Source: Chryseobacterium gleum (lineage in GTDB: Bacteria > Bacteroidota > Bacteroidia > UBA10329). From it: DNA of 64,000 bases. Position numbers and translations under genes: made by a program. The first letter of the stretch is position 1; every line of letters starts with the position of its first letter. Location of the stretch: contig CAMDOM010000003.1 in the NCBI GenBank assembly GCA_945903645.1, positions 64,507 to 128,506 of the forward strand, in the 5' to 3' direction. Positions 29,046 through 38,425 of the stretch are shown here, piece after piece. Below the pieces are notes generated by a model, which saw only the letters and a program-made list of their open reading frames with translations, made no database searches and was not told the origin of the DNA.

Positions 29046-30509
29046 ATGCAACCCACTATAGAACAGGTATTTAGTTCCATACCATTGCGGTTTCGAACCG
29101 ACAATGCAGGAGATGCTAAAGCACTAATTCATTTTAGTTTTACAGATGGAACCCAGTTTACTGTGGAGGTTAATGGAGGAAAATGCACGGTTAATGCTGG
29201 GTTGACAGGTGAACCAACGTGCGTGGTAAAGTCGAAGAGCGAAACCTATGTCCAATTGGAAATAGGAATTCTAAATCCTCAAATGGCGCTTATGTCGGGC
29301 GAAGTGAAGGTGAGCGATTTGGGTGAAATACTTCGTTTTACCAAATGGTTTCGCAAGTTTGGAGGAGCAACTGAAACGGTTAATGAGAATACAGAAAGAC
29401 CAAAAGCCGTTGGACCATTAGCGGGCTATCGAATTTTGGATTTCACCAAACTGCTGCCTGGGCCGCTAGCCACGCTTTGGTTGGCTCAACAAGGAGCGGA
29501 GGTAATTAAGGTGGAAGACTCGTCATCGCCCGACCCTATCCGCGATTATCCTCCTTTGAAGGATGGAATTTCGGTGTATAATTCAGCGCTTAATAAGGGA
29601 AAGCGAAGTCTTGCAATCCATTTCAGAACAGAAGAAGGTAAGGCCATTCTGCATCAGTTGGTGAAGGAGATGGATGTGGTGGTTGAGCAGTTTCGACCGG
29701 GCGTTATGCAAGCGTTTGGTTTAGATTATCAGACTTTAAAGGGGATAAATCCACGCATAATTATGGTTTCCATAACGGGATATGGTCAAACTGGGCCTAT
29801 GGCACATTTTCCCGGTCATGATTTGAATTACCTGAGTTATTCAGGAATACTGGATGGCCTGCGCGATTCAAATGGAACTCCAGTTATCCCAACTTCGCAA
29901 TTGGCAGATGTATCTGGTGGGTCCATGATGGCGCTAAATGCGGTAACATTAGCGCTGCTGCATAGGGAGCGCACTGGCGAAGGGCAACATGTGGATGTGG
30001 CCATGACCAATGTGTTGCCCTACTTGCACTCTTTGCGTTGGGCAGAAGAATCCGCTGCTGGTAATTTTGCGGGCCAGCTTTCTGGAAAAATGGCGTGCTA
30101 CAATGTATATCGCTGCCAAGATGGGAAACACGTGTCGCTGGGAGCTTTAGAGCCTAAGTTTTGGAAACGATTTTGTTCTCTGCTAGCGCATCCCGAATGG
30201 GAGGGCAGAATTCTTGAAACGGATCAAACTGCATTTATAGCGGAAGTTTCCGCGCTATTTGGTTCTAATAAAATGCAGTTTTGGGTCGATAAATTAGAAA
30301 AAGAAGAGGTCTGTTTTTCTCCTGTACTCACCTTATCAGAAGCTGCAAATCATAGGCAATTCCAGCAAATTGGTTTTCCACCACCTTTAGGAAGTTGTCC
30401 AACGTGGCCAGCGACACCATTAGGTCAAGACAACTTTACAATTCTCCAAAGTTTGGGCATTTCACTAGAAGAAATTCACAGATTGAAACAAAATGGAGTT
30501 TTGGAATAA
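29046..30509 (+). CDS. SCP-2 sterol-carrier-like domain fused to a family III CoA-transferase (CaiB/BaiF / alpha-methylacyl-CoA racemase-like)
   Basis: Residues 1-110 are an SCP2-type fold (FTVEVNGGKCTVNAGLTGEPTCVV...MALMSGEVKV). The remainder is CoA-transferase III (GPLAGYRILDFTKLLPGPLATLWLAQQGAEVIKVE, and the catalytic Asp in LADVSGG). Confidence 0.7.
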   Translation: MQPTIEQVFSSIPLRFRTDNAGDAKALIHFSFTDGTQFTVEVNGGKCTVNAGLTGEPTCVVKSKSETYVQLEIGILNPQMALMSGEVKVSDLGEILRFTKWFRKFGGATETVNENTERPKAVGPLAGYRILDFTKLLPGPLATLWLAQQGAEVIKVEDSSSPDPIRDYPPLKDGISVYNSALNKGKRSLAIHFRTEEGKAILHQLVKEMDVVVEQFRPGVMQAFGLDYQTLKGINPRIIMVSITGYGQTGPMAHFPGHDLNYLSYSGILDGLRDSNGTPVIPTSQLADVSGGSMMALNAVTLALLHRERTGEGQHVDVAMTNVLPYLHSLRWAEESAAGNFAGQLSGKMACYNVYRCQDGKHVSLGALEPKFWKRFCSLLAHPEWEGRILETDQTAFIAEVSALFGSNKMQFWVDKLEKEEVCFSPVLTLSEAANHRQFQQIGFPPPLGSCPTWPATPLGQDNFTILQSLGISLEEIHRLKQNGVLE

Positions 30510-30593
30510 TTAGGGAAGAACCTAAATAATGTTGGAAATCGAAAGTCGAAGGTTAGAGTTTAGTTTGCATGTAATCGATGCCTACCTTGCACC

Positions 30594-31028
30594 ATGGATT
30601 GGTTAGAGTGGGGATATATGGGACTATTCATAGCGAGCTTTCTCTCAGCTACTGTTGTGCCATTTTCATCTGAGGTGGTCCTAGCTGTTTTTTTGAAAAA
30701 AGGGGGTGACCCTATTTTAAGCATTGGCATTGCTACTTTGGGTAACACCATGGGAGGCATGACATCCTACTGGATTGGACATTTGGCCAAATGGGAATGG
30801 ATAGAACGCTACCTGCGGGTAAGCAAGGAGAAAGTGATGGAATGGCAGCCAAAAGTTAGCCGCTACGGAAGCCTATTTGCAATTTTTAGTTTTGTACCAA
30901 TCATAGGAGATGCCATTCCTTTGGCTTTGGGATTCTTTCGCTCTAATGTTTGGCTCACACTTATTTTAATGACTATTGGAAAGCTATTGCGCTATATAGT
31001 AATCTACGGAGGTGTGAATTTGTTCTAA
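30594..31028 (+). CDS. YqaA/DedA-related small inner-membrane protein
   Basis: A 144-aa protein with 4 predicted TM helices. The COG1238-like N-terminus is MDWLEWGYMGLFIASFLSATVVPFSSEVVL. Confidence 0.55.
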   Translation: MDWLEWGYMGLFIASFLSATVVPFSSEVVLAVFLKKGGDPILSIGIATLGNTMGGMTSYWIGHLAKWEWIERYLRVSKEKVMEWQPKVSRYGSLFAIFSFVPIIGDAIPLALGFFRSNVWLTLILMTIGKLLRYIVIYGGVNLF

Positions 31029-31120
31029 TTGTGCATTGTCACAGAAGGTGAATGCATACAAAGGTGAAGATAAGTTATGTTATGGGATAAGCGTAACTTT
31101 CCCACACAAATAGTTAACCT

Positions 31121-31741
31121 ATGATTTATGAGTTTAATGGCATGCGGCCATCCATTCATCCATCTGCCTACATTCATCCAACGGCTACAGTGCTCGGAAA
31201 TGTGCAAATTGGAAAGGATGTCTATATAGGTCCTGGAGCTTCGATTCGTGGCGATTGGGGACGCATTGTAATTGAGGAAGGATGTAATGTTCAGGAGAAC
31301 TGCACTATTCACATGTTTCCGGGCGCAACAGTTTGGTTGCATCAATGGGCACACGTGGGGCATGGCGCAATAGTTCATGGAGCAACTTTAGGGCGCAATT
31401 GCCTTATTGGAATGAACGCAGTATTAATGGACGATGCCATCATTGGCGATGAAGCAATTGTGGGAGCCTTGTGTTTTGTGCCCACAGGAATGGTCATTCC
31501 CAGTAGGAAAATTGCAGTTGGCAATCCAGCCCGAATCGTTAAGGATGTTACCGATGAAATGATTGCATGGAAAACGGTGGGAACTAAATTGTATCAAAGT
31601 CATCCTAAGGTTTGCCACGAAACACTTGTACTCTTAACTATGGAGGAAGTCCGTTCTATGGATGAAATAACGCCAGAAAATCCTTTTGCATCAAAGCAAG
31701 AAGCCCTACTCGAAACTTGGCAAAAAACCGAGAAGAAATAA
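31121..31741 (+). CDS. Gamma-carbonic-anhydrase / hexapeptide-repeat (left-handed beta-helix) family protein
   Basis: The N-terminus MRPSIHPSAYIHPTATVLGNVQIGKDVYIGPGASIRGD is typical of gamma-CA/PaaY/YrdA proteins, with hexapeptide repeats and conserved His ligands. Confidence 0.75.
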   Translation: MIYEFNGMRPSIHPSAYIHPTATVLGNVQIGKDVYIGPGASIRGDWGRIVIEEGCNVQENCTIHMFPGATVWLHQWAHVGHGAIVHGATLGRNCLIGMNAVLMDDAIIGDEAIVGALCFVPTGMVIPSRKIAVGNPARIVKDVTDEMIAWKTVGTKLYQSHPKVCHETLVLLTMEEVRSMDEITPENPFASKQEALLETWQKTEKK

Positions 31742-31755
31742 AAACAAAATTCAAC

Positions 31756-33153
31756 ATGAAAGCTCAGCTTTTTCCAATAGTAATTGCCACTTCAATGGCT
31801 TTCGTTTCCATTTTTGGTGGTAGTGAATGCCAAGGTCAATCCAGCATGAATGTGGAATTGCTTTCCAATTGGAAGGACCTGTCATTGCCCGCTTCCACTA
31901 CTTGGAATAATACCTACAATGAGGTTTGGGGATATGCAGCCGATGGACGAGAGTATGGAATAATAGGTTCAACAAATGGCATCCATATTATTGATATTAC
32001 TGAACCAACCTTACCTGTTGAGGCCGTTTTTATTGAAGGCGCTTCCACTGGGCCGCAAGTAATTCATAGACATTTTGATAATTATGGCCACTATTTGTAT
32101 ATGGTTTGCGATGAAGGTGCTGCTACTTTACAAATTGCAGATTTGAGTTTTCTTCCCGATTCAGCACCAATTGTTTACGATAGTGACGAATTGTTTAGCC
32201 GTGCGCATAACTGCTTTATCGATACCGCTACCGCGCATCTCTATGTAGTAGGAAATTCATCATGGTGTAGCGTCTATTCTCTGGCAAACCCAGAGAGCCC
32301 TGAATTATTGGTTGACTGTCGTTATGACCTTCCATTTTGGAGTTCCATAGGTTACTTGCACGATATTTTTGTTCGTAACGATACAGCCTATTGCAATGCT
32401 GAAACCCGCGGTTTGTTTGTGGTAGATTTTAGCGATATCAACAATCCAACCATGATTGGTTCTTTGCCCGTTTATCCGCAACAAGGCTACAATCACAGTG
32501 GTTCGCTAATGGCCGAAGCGCCTTTCTATGCTATGGCAGATGAAACGCATGGTATGGCCATTAAAATTGTGGACGTTAGCGACATGCAAAACTTGGTGGT
32601 AACGGATACCATGCGGTCTGGGGTAAATCAATTTAGCATTCCTCACAATCTTCTGTATCATGATAGAATGCTTTACATCTCCTATTATTTTGACGGTATG
32701 TATGTGTTTGATTGCACTAATCCTGCAAATCCAGTATTGGCCGGTTTTTATGACACATCTTTAGAACCTCACGCTGACAATGATTATAGAGGCAATTGGG
32801 GCGTGTATCCTTATCTGCCCTCAGGAATTGTATTGGCCAGCGATATGCAATCGGGCTTGTGGGTGTTAGACCCTTCGCAGGCCATAGGAACGGGAATAAC
32901 AGAAAATGGTAGGTCAAGCAGCAGTAAACAACTCAGTGTGTTTCCAAATCCAGTTTCAACTATTGCTTTTGTGGATAGGAGATATTCAGGAAATTCCTTT
33001 ACCATGTCGGATATAACAGGCCGAATTCATGCGGAAGGAATAGTTCTTGCCGATGGAAAACTGTTGGATACCAGCCTTATGAAGGCTGGAATGTATATTG
33101 TTTATATCGAACAACAAGGACAAATCTTTCCCTGTAAATTCCTTAAAATTTAG
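31756..33153 (+). CDS. Secreted beta-propeller (LVIVD-repeat-like) protein with a T9SS C-terminal sorting domain
   Basis: Signal peptide MKAQLFPIVIATSMAFVSIFGGSECQGQ. The T9SS CTD is LSVFPNPVSTIAF...KFLKI. The track start TTG 31717 was moved to ATG 31756. Confidence 0.6.
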   Translation: MKAQLFPIVIATSMAFVSIFGGSECQGQSSMNVELLSNWKDLSLPASTTWNNTYNEVWGYAADGREYGIIGSTNGIHIIDITEPTLPVEAVFIEGASTGPQVIHRHFDNYGHYLYMVCDEGAATLQIADLSFLPDSAPIVYDSDELFSRAHNCFIDTATAHLYVVGNSSWCSVYSLANPESPELLVDCRYDLPFWSSIGYLHDIFVRNDTAYCNAETRGLFVVDFSDINNPTMIGSLPVYPQQGYNHSGSLMAEAPFYAMADETHGMAIKIVDVSDMQNLVVTDTMRSGVNQFSIPHNLLYHDRMLYISYYFDGMYVFDCTNPANPVLAGFYDTSLEPHADNDYRGNWGVYPYLPSGIVLASDMQSGLWVLDPSQAIGTGITENGRSSSSKQLSVFPNPVSTIAFVDRRYSGNSFTMSDITGRIHAEGIVLADGKLLDTSLMKAGMYIVYIEQQGQIFPCKFLKI

Positions 33154-33322
33154 AGGCGGTTGCTTGCAAACAGAGTTTTAGCGAAGTGCACTGTGGATAC
33201 TAAGAAACTACCATTCAAAATGGAAGGCAGTAATAAAACGTAATACTCCCTTAACTCTATTGTCGTTGCTTGACTAGCTAAACTGTATTCAACAGTAGGA
33301 GTGCTCAACTCCAACAGTAACG

Positions 33323-33526
33323 TTACTGCGGATTAGTTTTTAGTGCTAATCGTTTTCTCATTGAAAAACCTACATAACCCGCACCTAAAACGAGTAGTAG
33401 TATATCAAATCCGTCTAGTGGAACTTCGTTTTGGGCTGGGGGAGGAGCTGGCCCTTGTGCAACAGAAATTGTTACCGAGCTAAAGGCCAACACGAATGTC
33501 AAAACTGCACTTAAGTAGATTTTCAT
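33323..33526 (-). CDS. 67-aa mini-protein: signal peptide, Pro-rich linker and a PEP-CTERM-like C-terminal sorting-signal-like segment
   Basis: MKIYLSAVLTFVLAFSSVTISVAQ / GPAPPPAQNE / VPLDG-FDILLLVLGAGYVGFSM-RKR-LALKTNPQ. The layout is motif, hydrophobic helix, then basic cluster. It lies 26 nt downstream of the preceding T9SS cargo gene on the same strand. Confidence 0.4.
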   Translation of the reverse strand: MKIYLSAVLTFVLAFSSVTISVAQGPAPPPAQNEVPLDGFDILLLVLGAGYVGFSMRKRLALKTNPQ

Positions 33527-33551
33527 GACTTCTATTTATTAAAGAAGGATA

Positions 33552-35273
33552 TTAGCGAATAGCTCTTTTGGAGAAAACCCCAGATTCAGAAGTAAGTTTT
33601 GCTATGTACACTCCGCGGCTTAGGTGGCCAACATCCACGGTAGAACGTTCAGGAACAATTTCAGTTTTGGATGCCCAAACTAATTTCCCAGACATATCCA
33701 ATAGCTCAATTTTGCCTTTGCCATCGATATTATCAACGGTTACAGTTAGTAATCCGTCATAAATCCAAGCGTTCATATTTGGTGTATCTACATCACGGAT
33801 TCCAGTAACCAGTTCAGAACCAATGTGGAGATAGAACCTACCTATATGGTCACCTGCCTCGAGTTGAAAGGGTACTTGAGTGCCTTGTTGCATTGGGAAG
33901 TAACTATACGTGCTTCGATCTTCTAAATAAATATCATACCCATCAAATCCCTCGATAGTATTGGAGTGAAAATTGAATTCCCCAGCTTCAGAGACGAAAA
34001 CGTTTAAAGGTATTGTCTTCTCGGTTGGTGGAGGTGGAAACGCAAGAATAGAATATTCGTATGTTTCGTTAAGTGCAGAAAGTGCTATTTGCTGATTTCC
34101 ACGAACCTTGATAGCATCATACAAACGATCTTCACCCTCTGTAGCTTCATCCAGCATTCCTATAAGGATTTGGTTAAACAAGTCTGCTCCTTCAATACTC
34201 AAATACAAGCGTGAAGGTTCACTCTCCAAGCGGAAGAACTGAGAATTTGGTCCTGTCATCCGCATAGAGTTGTCAAAATCTAAATCTGCTGCACCGCTCA
34301 AGCCACGAATCATAAATCCCTGACCTGAGGAAATGAAACCATTTGGCACACCTGCCGAACCAGCACCAGTACCTAATGAGCCCGTGCCATTCCAAATGGC
34401 GTAATCAGAAGTGCTGTATCCAGTCCCTCCACTTAGGTCATCATCCCAAAAGTAGATAGATCCGTTTACATCGGTGTTGGTAGTAACCAAATCTAATGCG
34501 TTGATAGCACATGGATAGGGATTGCCCATAAGATTGAACGGAGTTCCTGGCGACATATTACCCGGTGAGTAGGGATAATATACCATAGACCGAGTGAGCG
34601 GACCATTATTTGCAGTTCCGCTAAATGTAGCTAAGCCACCACCGGTGCTTGCGTAGCCAGAACCGGGAACCATTGCTCCTCCAAATGCAATCCAACCTGG
34701 ATCAAATGCATCATCGCCATAATCTTGCGTGCTTGTATTTGGATTCCACTGATAAACGCTTCCCCCAGGCACAGAACCAGCAGTGACAGGCGCACTCCAA
34801 TAATTGTATATCGAAGAAGAGTTGGAGCCTTGGCGTTTCACATTGAATGTTCCCGCACCTGTGAGCGTACTTCCCACAGCCTGAACTAGACTACCACTGT
34901 TTTCAACATTAAACGTACCTGCGTTGCTCAATGGACCATTAACTAAAATATAAAGATTGCTTGGTATGGTAAGCGAACTGCCTGAGGTAACATCAAGAGC
35001 ATTGCCAATAGTAAGCGAATTAGCAGGGGTAACATCTGCACCGTTACTAACGCGAATGTTGTTAATTCCGCCAACTCCAGTAATGGTTTGAGAGCCAGCG
35101 CCCATTTGGAACATACCAGCACCTTCTATATCTCCAACCACTTCAAGATCACCAGTCCAATATACTGTGTGGCCTGTACCGATAAACAATTTAGCTCCGT
35201 TTGTAACGTAGAATTGCCCAAACACTTGAGCGGTAACAAAAATCAAGAGCACGAAAGGGAAGAAATGTTTCAT
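33552..35273 (-). CDS. Secreted Gly/Ser/Thr-rich (beta-helix-like) protein with a T9SS C-terminal sorting domain
   Basis: Signal peptide MKHFFPFVLLIFVTAQVFGQ, then low-complexity beta-solenoid-like sequence. The T9SS CTD is KIELLDMSGKLVWAS...GVYIAKLTSESGVFSKRAIR. Confidence 0.6.
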   Translation of the reverse strand: MKHFFPFVLLIFVTAQVFGQFYVTNGAKLFIGTGHTVYWTGDLEVVGDIEGAGMFQMGAGSQTITGVGGINNIRVSNGADVTPANSLTIGNALDVTSGSSLTIPSNLYILVNGPLSNAGTFNVENSGSLVQAVGSTLTGAGTFNVKRQGSNSSSIYNYWSAPVTAGSVPGGSVYQWNPNTSTQDYGDDAFDPGWIAFGGAMVPGSGYASTGGGLATFSGTANNGPLTRSMVYYPYSPGNMSPGTPFNLMGNPYPCAINALDLVTTNTDVNGSIYFWDDDLSGGTGYSTSDYAIWNGTGSLGTGAGSAGVPNGFISSGQGFMIRGLSGAADLDFDNSMRMTGPNSQFFRLESEPSRLYLSIEGADLFNQILIGMLDEATEGEDRLYDAIKVRGNQQIALSALNETYEYSILAFPPPPTEKTIPLNVFVSEAGEFNFHSNTIEGFDGYDIYLEDRSTYSYFPMQQGTQVPFQLEAGDHIGRFYLHIGSELVTGIRDVDTPNMNAWIYDGLLTVTVDNIDGKGKIELLDMSGKLVWASKTEIVPERSTVDVGHLSRGVYIAKLTSESGVFSKRAIR

Positions 35274-35893
35274 GATACGTAACTGATTAAAGTTGTTTAC
35301 TGGTATGCGAATTTGGACTACAAAGTTGTTGGATGATTTTTTAGACTAGAGGTAAACATAAATCAACTATGTCAATTCAAATTTACAAAAAAATACTACG
35401 TGAATGATATATTTTTTTGTTTGAGACATGTAATTTTTACCGGAAACTTAACGTTTTTTGGAGTTATGTATTTAGGAAATTTATGAAATGTATTTCAATT
35501 AATACGATGTTATTTTTTTAAACAGAGTTAAGCACAGGAATATAGCTAAATAATAATTTTAAATGAAGTTAAAAAGTGAGAATTTTATCTAAGGATTTGA
35601 TAGTACTCCAATCTGAAACTTATGAATGTGGTATTTGTTGTTTTGATTATTTTTATTTTATGTCTGTTTAATTTCATACGGGTTAGGGATTTTAGTGACT
35701 TGCTGAATAATCGATTACCATAAGATAGGAAGAAACCTGTTAATCACTGTTAATTTCAATAGGATATAATCAATTCCGACATTTTGATTTCAGATATTGA
35801 CTTAATCTTGTGGTTATAAAGGTCGTCTTAGTATTTATGATGGTTTTAGGTAAAGGACGTTCTGAGGGGCAACAAACGAAAGAAAATTTGAAG

Positions 35894-36454
35894 ATGGAAG
35901 ATATGAAGCAAAGTGAAAAACAGGTATTAGAGTTGGCAACATTTGGCGCAGGATGTTTTTGGTGCGTGGAGGCCATGTTTGAAAGCATAAAAGGCGTTGA
36001 AAGTGCCGTTTCGGGCTATAGTGGCGGCACTGTAAAACGACCTACGTATAAGGAGGTATGTAATGGGAATACAGGCCATGCGGAAGTTATTCAGGTTCAT
36101 TTTAACGCATCTGTCATTTCTTATGAGGAGTTACTGGAAGCCTTTTTTTTAGCACATGACCCAACCACACTCAATCGACAAGGTGTTGATGTTGGTACAC
36201 AATATCGTTCGGTTATTTTCTTTCATTCGGCACTTCAAGAGCAGTTGGCGCAAGAATGCAAAACGAAATTGGATGCTTCTAAGGCGCTTGATTCACCAAT
36301 TGTGACAGAAATAACTCCGTTTGATACCTTCTACGAAGCGGAAGATTATCACCAAGAGTATTTCGCCCTAAATCCAGACCAGCCTTATTGCTCGAGAGTA
36401 GTTGGCCCTAAATTGGACAAGTTTAGGAAGGTGTTTAAAGAGAAATTGAAGTAA
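35894..36454 (+). CDS. msrA: Peptide-methionine (S)-S-oxide reductase MsrA
   Basis: The active site GCFWCVEAMF and the conserved C-terminal region. The track start GTG 35810 would add a hydrophobic 28-aa extension; ATG 35894 (MEDMKQSE...) gives a canonical MsrA. Confidence 0.85.
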   Translation: MEDMKQSEKQVLELATFGAGCFWCVEAMFESIKGVESAVSGYSGGTVKRPTYKEVCNGNTGHAEVIQVHFNASVISYEELLEAFFLAHDPTTLNRQGVDVGTQYRSVIFFHSALQEQLAQECKTKLDASKALDSPIVTEITPFDTFYEAEDYHQEYFALNPDQPYCSRVVGPKLDKFRKVFKEKLK

Positions 36455-36490
36455 AAAAGAAAGCTCCGGTACTTTCGTACCAGAGCTTTG
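36455..36490. terminator. Bidirectional rho-independent terminator between msrA and the csp gene
   Basis: AGCTCCGGTAC-tttc-GTACCAGAGCT forms an 11-bp stem with one mismatch. It is flanked by an A-run upstream and TT downstream. Confidence 0.55.
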
Positions 36491-36524
36491 AAGATTCAAT
36501 GTTTAATCGTTGATGTGCGGCCGC

Positions 36525-36716
36525 TTAGGCGCGTTTCACGTTTACTGCATTCAAACCTTTGCGACCTTCTTGCAATTCAAAAGTTACGGTGTCATCCTCA
36601 CGAACTTCGTCAATAAGACCTGATACGTGAACAAAATACTCCTGATTTGAATTACTGTCTACAATGAAACCATAACCTTTGGTGTCATTGAAGAATTTTA
36701 CTTTACCTTCTTTCAT
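36525..36716 (-). CDS. Cold-shock protein (CspA family)
   Basis: MKEGKVKFFNDTKGYGFI...YFVHVSGL is a canonical cold-shock domain with RNP1/RNP2 motifs. Confidence 0.9.
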   Translation of the reverse strand: MKEGKVKFFNDTKGYGFIVDSNSNQEYFVHVSGLIDEVREDDTVTFELQEGRKGLNAVNVKRA

Positions 36717-36892
36717 TATATTTATTATGATGGATTAAAAAACTTCCGCAAAATTAAGCAAGAATGACGGAATGAATGATGTGATTTTGGAATTTCTTTT
36801 TCTCCCCAACAATATCGTCAAACTATTGGTAATCAGCACTTAGGAGAATAGATTTGAGCCCAAAGATGTGCTTAGCGAAAATGTAGTCTTCC

Positions 36893-38386
36893 CTAAACCG
36901 TCCAATTGTAGTCGACAGGGTTCACTTTTTTCGTTCTGGAAATGAATTCGAAGGTGAATCCAGGCCAAATGGAAGTGTTTTTTCCAGAAGATGTACGATA
37001 CCAGCTGACACAACCGCTATTCCAAACGGTATCTCTTAATCGCGATTGAAGTTCCCTATTATACGAGACTTGAATTTCGGATTTCACTTCGATTTGTTTG
37101 GCTTTTTTGGACTCTAGAGTGCGAATGCAAGACATGATATATGCAACTTGCGCTTCAATCATTATTACCATTGACGAATGTCCAAGTCCAGTATTTGGGC
37201 CAATGATGAAAAACATGTTGGGAAAACCCGATAACGTAGTTCCTAGATAGGCCTCAGGTCCATCTTTCCACACTTCGCTCATAAGTTGCCCAGATTTACC
37301 GCGAACCACGAATGAGGCAGGAAACTCTGCAGCTTCAAATCCAGTAGCGTAAATGATGACATCCACTTCAGTTAGTATTCCATTACCATGCTGAAGCCCT
37401 AATGGATTTATGCGCTCAATGGCATCCGTGTGCAAATGCACGTGAGGTAATTTGAACGTTGGGTAATAATTGTTTGTTGGAAGAATCCGCTTACAACCGA
37501 TGGTGTAGTTGGGAGTTAGTTTTGCTTGCAATTCCTCCGAAAGATTGGCTCGTTTCATGTGTTTCAATGCCATAAGTCGAATGAATCGAGTTAAAGCAGG
37601 TCTTTTAGATAGAGCGATTACTGTAATCTCATTTATCCAGTAAAACAACCAACGAAAAAGTCTTTGAGTGATGGGTACACTGCTAAAAAGTGATTTCTCC
37701 CAGGCTTTCATTTTCCGGTCTGGCTTGTGCAAAACCCAAGCAGCAGAGCGCTGAAAAACGTGCAATTCTTTTACTGACGATGCAATGTTTGGTATTACTT
37801 GAATGGCACTTGCACCCGTACCAATTACGGCTAACCGTTTTCCAGTTAAATCGCAGTTGTGATTCCAATGCGAGGTGTGAAAAGATGTTCCTTCAAAAGA
37901 ATCAATGCCTGCAATCTTGGGTAACACAGCTCGGTTGAGCGGTCCCATGCCATTAACCCAAAGCTGGGCTTTAATATCCTGTTGGTCTTTTATGTGAATG
38001 TTCCAAATAGAAGCTTTTTCATTAAAGGTTCCTCCTTGTACTTCCTGTTCAAATTGTATGTAGGGACGAAGGTTGTATTTGTCTACACAGTGCAGCAAAT
38101 AGGCCTGAATTTCCTTTTGCTGTGCAAACATTCGACTCCAATTTGGATTTGGTTCGAATGAGAAGGAATACAGGTGCGAAACCACGTCACAGGCTGCTCC
38201 TGGGTACGTGTTGTCTCTCCAAGTGCCTCCTATATCGGTTGATTTCTCAAGAAGCACAAAATCCTGAATGCCTTCTTTTAACAGGTTTACAGCCATGCAA
38301 ATACCAGCGAAACCTGTGCCTATTATGGCAATGCGATAAGAGCGTGCATCTCTTTGGGAATCGAATTGAGAATGCCCTAGGTTCAT
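36893..38386 (-). CDS. Flavin-containing / Baeyer-Villiger-type monooxygenase
   Basis: FAD GxGxxG IAIIGTGFAGICMA, the BVMO fingerprint FEGTSFHTSHWNH (FxGxxxHxxxW), and a second Rossmann fold LAVIGTGASAIQ. Confidence 0.8.
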   Translation of the reverse strand: MNLGHSQFDSQRDARSYRIAIIGTGFAGICMAVNLLKEGIQDFVLLEKSTDIGGTWRDNTYPGAACDVVSHLYSFSFEPNPNWSRMFAQQKEIQAYLLHCVDKYNLRPYIQFEQEVQGGTFNEKASIWNIHIKDQQDIKAQLWVNGMGPLNRAVLPKIAGIDSFEGTSFHTSHWNHNCDLTGKRLAVIGTGASAIQVIPNIASSVKELHVFQRSAAWVLHKPDRKMKAWEKSLFSSVPITQRLFRWLFYWINEITVIALSKRPALTRFIRLMALKHMKRANLSEELQAKLTPNYTIGCKRILPTNNYYPTFKLPHVHLHTDAIERINPLGLQHGNGILTEVDVIIYATGFEAAEFPASFVVRGKSGQLMSEVWKDGPEAYLGTTLSGFPNMFFIIGPNTGLGHSSMVIMIEAQVAYIMSCIRTLESKKAKQIEVKSEIQVSYNRELQSRLRDTVWNSGCVSWYRTSSGKNTSIWPGFTFEFISRTKKVNPVDYNWTV

Positions 38387-38425
38387 TAGTTATAATTCCA
38401 TAAGGAGAGCGGAAAACGCAATCAA

